Source: Candidatus Pacearchaeota archaeon (GTDB lineage: Archaea; Nanobdellota; Nanobdellia; Pacearchaeales; GW2011-AR1). Taken from it: a stretch of DNA of 64,000 nt. Below are positions 58,315-64,000 of this stretch, one piece after another. Made by a program: the position numbers and the translations under genes. The notes beneath the pieces were generated by a model. It worked only from the letters and a program-made list of their open reading frames with translations. It was not told the DNA's origin and searched no databases. The first letter of the stretch is position 1, and each line of letters starts with the position of its first letter. Location of the stretch: assembly GCA_023133415.1 (NCBI GenBank), contig JAGLWM010000002.1:24081-88080 (forward strand), in the 5' to 3' direction.

Positions 58315-58530
58315 TTATCTTCTTCTAAGAGGGGCTGATCGAGGAGGTGCGTCACGGATTTGAGTGAATTTATAGTGAACCGATTTTGTTTTCAAATTGC
58401 ACTTTTTACACTCGTCTTGCATAGTATATATTTTGCATTTTGGGCATTTTTTGAGTTTTGTACCGCTCAGTGTACCCCTAATCTTTTGGCAGTTCTGCAC
58501 ACTCCAAATTGTGGAATTTTGGGGCGTCAT
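58315..58530 (-). CDS. nop10: Nop10 (H/ACA RNP component) with ~22-aa N-terminal repeat-derived insertion
   Basis: KKCPKCKIYTM...C..C...T...H; directly downstream of aIF-2alpha with ATGA overlap. Confidence 0.8.
   Translation of the reverse strand: MTPQNSTIWSVQNCQKIRGTLSGTKLKKCPKCKIYTMQDECKKCNLKTKSVHYKFTQIRDAPPRSAPLRRR
58461..58526 (+). repeat. Family B repeat inserted in frame into nop10 (66 nt)
   Basis: CCGCTCAGTGTACCCCTAATCTTTTGGCAGTTCTGCACACTCCAAATTGTGGAATTTTGGGGCG. Confidence 0.85.
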
Positions 58531-59231
58531 TTTTCTTCAGTTGCAAAAAATTCGCAGTTGTTTTCTTTTGCTCGTTTTTCTAGTTTTTCTAGAATTTTTG
58601 TCATTTCTTTTTTGCCTTGTTTGAAATCTTCTACTGTTAGTTTTAGGGAGAGTTTTCCTGCCGAGATATAGGTTACTTTTAGATTGTCGTTTTTTAGGTC
58701 GAAGATTTTTTTTATTCGTGTTATTCCATCATTTTCTAGGCATTTGATTTTTATATTTTGGCGAAGCTGTTCTTTCTTTCGTTTTTTGTTGATGATTTTT
58801 TTGATTGCTTCTTGATTTTCTTTTGGAATGTATTTTTGAAGTAGTTCGGGGTTTATTTTTGTTGCTCTTGTAAACTCGGATAGGTCTTTAAAGTCGTTTA
58901 GTATTTTTTCTTTAATTTCTTTTTCTTTTTCTTTTAGGATTTGTTTGAATGCGACGTTGATTGCTTGTGATTGTTTGAATTTTTGCATTACCTCTTTTTT
59001 TTCTTTTAAGGTTACTCTTCTTAGGGATAGATGGGCATGGTCGCCTTCGATTCTTAGGATTTTGCAGACGATTTGTTTGTTTGGGACGACATATTGTCGC
59101 ATGAGTTTGATTCGGCCGGCGGCGATTTCGGAAGAAATTATTGTTCCTTCGTGGCCGTTTGGCATTTCTACGAATGTGATTGTGTTTGTCACTTTCTTGA
59201 CCTTACAGGGTATTAAGTCTCCCTCTTTCAT
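58527..59231 (-). CDS. eif2a: Translation initiation factor aIF-2 alpha subunit (divergent)
   Basis: S1 domain (EGDL..C.V...SEIAAGRIK...VCKILRI....LSLRRV); between rps27e and nop10. Confidence 0.85.
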   Translation of the reverse strand: MKEGDLIPCKVKKVTNTITFVEMPNGHEGTIISSEIAAGRIKLMRQYVVPNKQIVCKILRIEGDHAHLSLRRVTLKEKKEVMQKFKQSQAINVAFKQILKEKEKEIKEKILNDFKDLSEFTRATKINPELLQKYIPKENQEAIKKIINKKRKKEQLRQNIKIKCLENDGITRIKKIFDLKNDNLKVTYISAGKLSLKLTVEDFKQGKKEMTKILEKLEKRAKENNCEFFATEEK

Positions 59232-59317
59232 TGATTTCTTTCTTTTTTAGAAAAAAAGAAATTTCTCGCAAGTAGAAAAAACTTCTTTTCCAAAACTGTG
59301 TTTTGATTTAGTTCCAT
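59228..59317 (-). repeat. Family A repeat; encodes MELNQNTVLEKKFFLLARNFFFSKKERNQ overlapping the aIF-2alpha start
   Basis: 90 nt = 29 codons + TGA; ATGA overlap at 59228-59231. Confidence 0.9.
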
Positions 59318-59388
59318 TGTTGTTTTTAGGAAATTTGTTTATTTAAATTTTTCACCCTCGCATACAATTAAGTTATGCTGGGATAGAT

Positions 59389-59559
59389 TCACAAGACTTC
59401 TTCGACTTTGGCTCGGATTTTTGCTTTGCCTGCAGATGGTAGAGCCAGGATTGCATTGCAACCTAGGCATCGAACTTTTGTAGAGGCCTTTCCGAAGATG
59501 GTTTGAGTCTCTTTGCATTTTGAGCATTTTACTCTTATGAATTTTCCGTTTTGTTTCAT
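59389..59559 (-). CDS. rps27e: 30S ribosomal protein S27e (not in the ORF track)
   Basis: MKQNGKFIRVKCSKCKETQTIFGKASTKVRCLGCNAILALPSAGKAKIRAKVEEVL. Confidence 0.93.
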   Translation of the reverse strand: MKQNGKFIRVKCSKCKETQTIFGKASTKVRCLGCNAILALPSAGKAKIRAKVEEVL

Positions 59560-59650
59560 GGGTTTTGATGACGATTTTGGTTTTTAAGGTTTGGGGTTTC
59601 TTAGGCTTTGTGTATAAAGTCTGAATAAGGACTTACTTTTTACACAGGAA

Positions 59651-59941
59651 TTAACTTGTCGAAAAGTGAGAAAAAACCCATAATAAGACCATTGAAACAA
59701 AAACTATTCCCATACCCCAGTTTTGTAGTAATTTTATTAATTCCTTATCTTTTATCTCCAATAAGTTTGAGAATCCCGAGGAAGCTATCATAATTATTCC
59801 TCCAAACATCAACAACATAAGAAGACTTCCCAAGCTACCAATATATTCACTCATAATGTTTCTAAAAAAAGAATAGCTTTCTAAAATAAATGCTACAATA
59901 AAAGAGAGTAAAATTGTTTGTTTAATGTCTTTTTTGTTCAT
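59651..59941 (-). CDS. Hypothetical three-TM protein
   Basis: Hydrophobic segments; ATGA overlap with the nuclease gene. Confidence 0.6.
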   Translation of the reverse strand: MNKKDIKQTILLSFIVAFILESYSFFRNIMSEYIGSLGSLLMLLMFGGIIMIASSGFSNLLEIKDKELIKLLQNWGMGIVFVSMVLLWVFSHFSTS

Positions 59942-61116
59942 TCCTCAACATCCTTCCGTTTAGCCAGACTAAACCTAAAACCTTTAACTACCTCAACACA
60001 TCCACAAACATCCTTATCAGAAACATCTCCTTTAAGAATATGAGAGCCAAGCCTCACGCCACAAAGCATCGAGTAAGTATCATAAAGCCCCTTCTTTTTT
60101 AATATCCCAATAAGTTTCTCTTTATCTTCAGGCATTAAACATTTATCAAACTCTTTCACTTTGGCAATCTTATTTGAACCAAAGATAGAATCGACATCAA
60201 GCTGCTTAGCGTAATCAATCAATTTTCCTTCCAGTTCTCCCTTTCTCTCTTTTAATTCTCCTAATTGCATCTTAACTTTAGAATATTCATCAACAAGCTT
60301 AACCCCATCATCTTTCTTAAATTCCTCAACAGATTTTTCTTCAAGTTCTACTTCATGTTTGAAACTTGGGCATATACCTTTGTAAACACAATAATTACAT
60401 AATCCTGTTTGATTTCTTGGGAACTCTGTCGTAGATTCAATCTCTTTAATTTTATCACAAACATCTTGTTGTAATTTTTCTAATTGCTCATCACTCCTTT
60501 CTGAAACTGCATCCTTATTAAAAGCCAACATGTGCCAAACTAACTTAACAGATTTTGCATCTTTGAATTTATCTTTAACCCAAATAGAATAAAGGGCTAG
60601 TTGTCTGTCAGCATCTGCTTCTTCTTGGTCTTTCATCCGAGCATTTGTTTTATAATCGCAGACATAATAATTTCCTTCGTTATCACAAGCCAATTTATCA
60701 ATTCTAACGTGCCATTGATTTCCGTCAGGTAGAGTCATTCGGTCAGTTGTTTCTAGTCCCAAAATTGTTAATTGGTCGAACGGCTTATATTTATCATAAT
60801 AGTCAGCGATATATTGGAGCCCCATTTTTTTGTAATTCTCAGCAGTTATTCCCTGGTCTGCTTTTGCTACTAAAATATCATCAGAGTATTCTTTTTCCCA
60901 TAGGTCTTTGTAAAATTTTAGAAGCATTGCTTTGGAAACTCTTTTTTTGAATCTCTTATCTTTGTAGAGTTTCTCAAGGGTCTGATGAACTAAATCCCCC
61001 ATAAAACATTCAATTGTCGTTGGAGTATCTACTTTAATTCTATCAATATATTTTAGTTTATACTGATAAGGACATGTTTCAAAGGTTGAGATACGGGAGT
61101 GTGAGTAGGCTGTCAT
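59938..61116 (-). CDS. PD-(D/E)XK nuclease of AddB/Cas4-like type (Fe-S Cys signature)
   Basis: YSHSRI.TFETCP; G..VH..LE; RIDKL; DYKT; QL.LY; CNYC.....CP. Confidence 0.85.
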   Translation of the reverse strand: MTAYSHSRISTFETCPYQYKLKYIDRIKVDTPTTIECFMGDLVHQTLEKLYKDKRFKKRVSKAMLLKFYKDLWEKEYSDDILVAKADQGITAENYKKMGLQYIADYYDKYKPFDQLTILGLETTDRMTLPDGNQWHVRIDKLACDNEGNYYVCDYKTNARMKDQEEADADRQLALYSIWVKDKFKDAKSVKLVWHMLAFNKDAVSERSDEQLEKLQQDVCDKIKEIESTTEFPRNQTGLCNYCVYKGICPSFKHEVELEEKSVEEFKKDDGVKLVDEYSKVKMQLGELKERKGELEGKLIDYAKQLDVDSIFGSNKIAKVKEFDKCLMPEDKEKLIGILKKKGLYDTYSMLCGVRLGSHILKGDVSDKDVCGCVEVVKGFRFSLAKRKDVEE

Positions 61117-61118
61117 AT

Positions 61119-62057
61119 TTAATTTTCCAATGCTTTAGAATATTTCAGCGATTTAATATAATTTTTCATAAATTCCCAATCAGGTCTTTCTTTTGAATTT
61201 ATAGGTAGCATTATTTTTGATTTTTCCATTCTTTCTTGATGCCATTTTCTACCGTAGTTAAAACGATATTTTTCTTTCTTTATCATAACTATAAGAAACA
61301 TCGCTATATATGGATTGAGTTTAAATCGTGGATATAAAACATTTACACTATCTAACGCCCAAAAAGATTCTGGTTGGTAATATGTTTCTCCAACACTGCC
61401 ATCATAATTAACCGTTATTGTATTACCCTTCTGATTGGGCGCTATGCCAAGAAATGCACTAACCCCATTATTTTTATCTATAGAAGAAACGAAGGGGCAG
61501 TCTCCCCTATCTTTTAATTTAGAAAGCACAATTCTTTTACCCTTCTTTATCTCAAATATTTCTGTATAATCAAAATATTTAAATTTTTTACTTCTTAATT
61601 CAATTTTCTCCTCTATAGCAGATTCCGACACAGCTACATAATCTTTAATGTCATTTTTTTCAGCCCATACAGGAATTTTTTCTGGGATTTTTATATTTCC
61701 TATCCTATCTGGAGTAACCTGTCTACCATAAACAAATCTAAATTTTTGCTTTCTCAATATTAAAACAAAATAAAAAAATTCCTCCAAACTCATTTCTTTT
61801 TTAGGAGTCAATACTAAACAATTATCATCGATACAGCATGACTCTCCTTGATAAAAAGCTTGACATATTGTTCCTGTATTGGGAAGAGATATAACATTCT
61901 TATATTTTGGATTTATGTCAAAATATCCATAAATTCCCCTATTCTTCCCTTTTGATGAAATTAAGGGTGTACCATTATCCCTTTTTTTTAAATCTCTTTT
62001 GGAATGATATTCTCTTTGTCCATAGTCAATATTAAAAAAGTCATATATTGTTGTCAT
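61119..62057 (-). CDS. RM specificity subunit (BcgIB-like, type IIB)
   Basis: Duplicated TRDs: AFYQ...FVYGRQ and YYQ...YRFNYGRKW...PDWEFM..YIKSL. Confidence 0.85.
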   Translation of the reverse strand: MTTIYDFFNIDYGQREYHSKRDLKKRDNGTPLISSKGKNRGIYGYFDINPKYKNVISLPNTGTICQAFYQGESCCIDDNCLVLTPKKEMSLEEFFYFVLILRKQKFRFVYGRQVTPDRIGNIKIPEKIPVWAEKNDIKDYVAVSESAIEEKIELRSKKFKYFDYTEIFEIKKGKRIVLSKLKDRGDCPFVSSIDKNNGVSAFLGIAPNQKGNTITVNYDGSVGETYYQPESFWALDSVNVLYPRFKLNPYIAMFLIVMIKKEKYRFNYGRKWHQERMEKSKIMLPINSKERPDWEFMKNYIKSLKYSKALEN

Positions 62058-62058
62058 T

Positions 62059-63903
62059 TTAATTCTTTAATTCTTTGTAAAGAATGTATTTTTTTATTTC
62101 CAACTCAAAAAGTTCTTTATTTAACTCCTCATAATTTGTTTCTAGATAAGCCTCTGCGCACCATTCATTCTCTGCATTCACACATTTCTTAATACTATGT
62201 TCCTTAATTTCTTTTTTGTTTTTATAATTATATATCCATTTATCCTTTATCTGGTTCCACGTACCATGATAATCTACTCTACCTAGATTTTTCACCTTGA
62301 TAAATCCATCATCTTTCCAATGACCAAAATAAGTTTCAAAATCTTTTTGATGTGGTGAATGTGCCTTAAATACTAGAATGGAAGTAACTGTACTAGCAGA
62401 GGGGTTGAATAACTCATCTGGCATAGAAAATACCGCTTCAAGAGTATGTTTTTCAAGTAATTTTTTCTTCCATTCGTAATCTTTCCCAGTTTGTGATAGA
62501 ACACAGCTAATTGGAATAATCGCGACACAAAGACCGTTTTTATCTAGGCAATCTAGATTATGATAAATAAACTCTAATTCTGAAATTGAAGTTGAATATG
62601 GGGGATTTAAAAAACCTATTGTCGGATGGTGTTTTTTAACTTTTTCTTTCATTCCATTACTAAGTGAATCCCCTTGATAAATATTAGATTTTCCATCTCC
62701 CCTCATCATCATATTAGAACAAGCATATGTAAACATATCACTTCTCTGCTCAACGCCAATAAGTTGATTTTCTTTAATATTCTTTTTCTTCTCTTCTTTA
62801 TTCCCAGCTAAGTCTAAAAGTTTTTTCATACCTTTAATTAAAAATCCAGCAGTTCCACAACAACTATCATAAATAACGTCATCAACATCGGGGTTTGCAA
62901 TTTCTACAAAAAGGTCCGTAATATGTTGTGGAGTTAAAACTAACCCAAGTTTTTTATCCCCATAAACGTACCTTATAAACTCAGAATAAAATTGTCCAAG
63001 AATATCATATCCAATATGTTCATATTCCGTAAAGGGAAATACCTTTTTATCTAATTCAAATATTAAATCTCTTAATAATGTGTTTCTTTCGTCCTCTCCA
63101 GTTTCTTTATTTCTTATTTTTTTAGCTATCGAAAGATTATTTGATTGGGATATTTTATTATATTCTCCAAGCAAAACCTTTATCTTTTCATCACCTAATT
63201 TTTTACCCCTCAGCACTCTTTCAATAGCTTTCAATAAGTCCTCTACTAGCTCCTGTGGAGTTTTCTCTAAAGGATAAGACTTTCTAAAATCTTTATTTTG
63301 TAATGCTGTTAAAATCCCACTAACTATTGTCGCCCTTTCATTTTCAGGAACAGAGTAATTATATAAAAAATCATTTAATTCCGAGGCAAAAATCAATATA
63401 TTTTCATCTTTCAATTTTTCAGCAGTTTCTTTTTTCTCAAAAATATTTAAGTAATCATAGATACTTAATAATTCTTTATCGCTTAGTTCCCTTGCATCCG
63501 AAGATTCTTTATTTATTAAGAAGTTTGATATTGTTAATTTATCTTTATTTTCTCCGCTTACTGCAATTGCGATTACATTAAAATCTTTTTTTAGAAATTC
63601 TGCATAATGCAATACTCCGTCAACGGCATATTTTTCTGGATTTTTTCCCTCGCTATCCTTTCTTTGATGGTTTTTTATATCAGCCTTACATTCTACTATT
63701 ATCGCATAATCGATGACTGAAGGAAAAGTAATTATAAATTCTGGATAACCTGCTTTGCCACTTAATGTTTTAGAAGATTTTCCTAATAATTCTTTTATAA
63801 ATTTATTTTTTGTTCTTTGTTCTTCAAATTTTATATTTCTAAATAATCCATCTGTTTTAAAATGCGTTCTAACAAAATCCTCTGTTATTCTTTCGTTTAC
63901 CAT
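62059..63903 (-). CDS. Fused endonuclease/N6-methyltransferase (BcgIA-like, type IIB RM)
   Basis: GYPEFII...IVECKA; YAVDGVLHYA; VLTPQHIT; DSCCGTAGFL; NMMMRGDGKSN; NPPY. Confidence 0.88.
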   Translation of the reverse strand: MVNERITEDFVRTHFKTDGLFRNIKFEEQRTKNKFIKELLGKSSKTLSGKAGYPEFIITFPSVIDYAIIVECKADIKNHQRKDSEGKNPEKYAVDGVLHYAEFLKKDFNVIAIAVSGENKDKLTISNFLINKESSDARELSDKELLSIYDYLNIFEKKETAEKLKDENILIFASELNDFLYNYSVPENERATIVSGILTALQNKDFRKSYPLEKTPQELVEDLLKAIERVLRGKKLGDEKIKVLLGEYNKISQSNNLSIAKKIRNKETGEDERNTLLRDLIFELDKKVFPFTEYEHIGYDILGQFYSEFIRYVYGDKKLGLVLTPQHITDLFVEIANPDVDDVIYDSCCGTAGFLIKGMKKLLDLAGNKEEKKKNIKENQLIGVEQRSDMFTYACSNMMMRGDGKSNIYQGDSLSNGMKEKVKKHHPTIGFLNPPYSTSISELEFIYHNLDCLDKNGLCVAIIPISCVLSQTGKDYEWKKKLLEKHTLEAVFSMPDELFNPSASTVTSILVFKAHSPHQKDFETYFGHWKDDGFIKVKNLGRVDYHGTWNQIKDKWIYNYKNKKEIKEHSIKKCVNAENEWCAEAYLETNYEELNKELFELEIKKYILYKELKN

Positions 63904-64000
63904 TATATAATTTAAGAAATGCGACTATTTAAATTGTGCGGTGATTTTGTAGTAACTTCCCAATAGTCCTAGCAATTCTCAACAACAAATTGACTACTAA

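Larger units (their letters stand above)
59605..64000. mobile_element. Second element of the same transposon family (one end only; runs off the window)
   Basis: 59605-59650 nearly equals the reverse complement of 33210-33255, including the 16-bp TIR; composition changes abruptly; defence cargo follows. Confidence 0.8.

Noticed and set aside
59339-59527. 62-aa ORF in the track
   Set aside because: Wrong frame; the real gene is rps27e at 59389-59559
59605-64000. Casposon or CRISPR adaptation module based on the Cas4-like nuclease
   Set aside because: No Cas1 or family B polymerase is visible; the end matches the DDE-transposase element at 25381-33255

Overview
Chromosomal segment of a small-genome archaeon, most consistent with a DPANN lineage (Pacearchaeota/Woesearchaeota-like). 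The call rests on archaeal informational genes (radA, RPA, aEF-1beta, aIF-2alpha, nop10, rps27e, Hef helicase/XPF nuclease), AT richness and many small membrane or secreted proteins. The backbone has a strongly G+T-rich + strand and carries housekeeping genes, two very large surface proteins and a type IV pilus/archaellum-like locus (ATPase, platform protein, about 10 class III signal-peptide or pilin-like genes, prepilin peptidase). Two layers of mobile DNA stand out. (1) A complete ~7.9-kb cargo transposon (25381-33255) has 16-bp terminal inverted repeats, an 11-bp target-site duplication, a SWIM-zinc-finger/DDE transposase, a repeated palindromic operator and defence cargo (RM system, Panacea-like/MazF-like TA, GxxExxY). 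A second end of the same family starts at 59605 and is followed by different defence cargo to the window edge. (2) Several families of tiny repeated elements: an ~85-nt element that always abuts a start codon and itself encodes a 27-35 aa leader peptide, often overlapping the neighbouring stop/start codons (ATGA); a GC-rich hairpin element inserted in frame into proteins (Nop10, M16 peptidase) and into the first element; heptamer tracts in pilin leader peptides; and ~100-bp fold-back elements at stop codons. No CRISPR array, rRNA or tRNA was recognised. All calls come from reading the sequence by eye; no database search was run.
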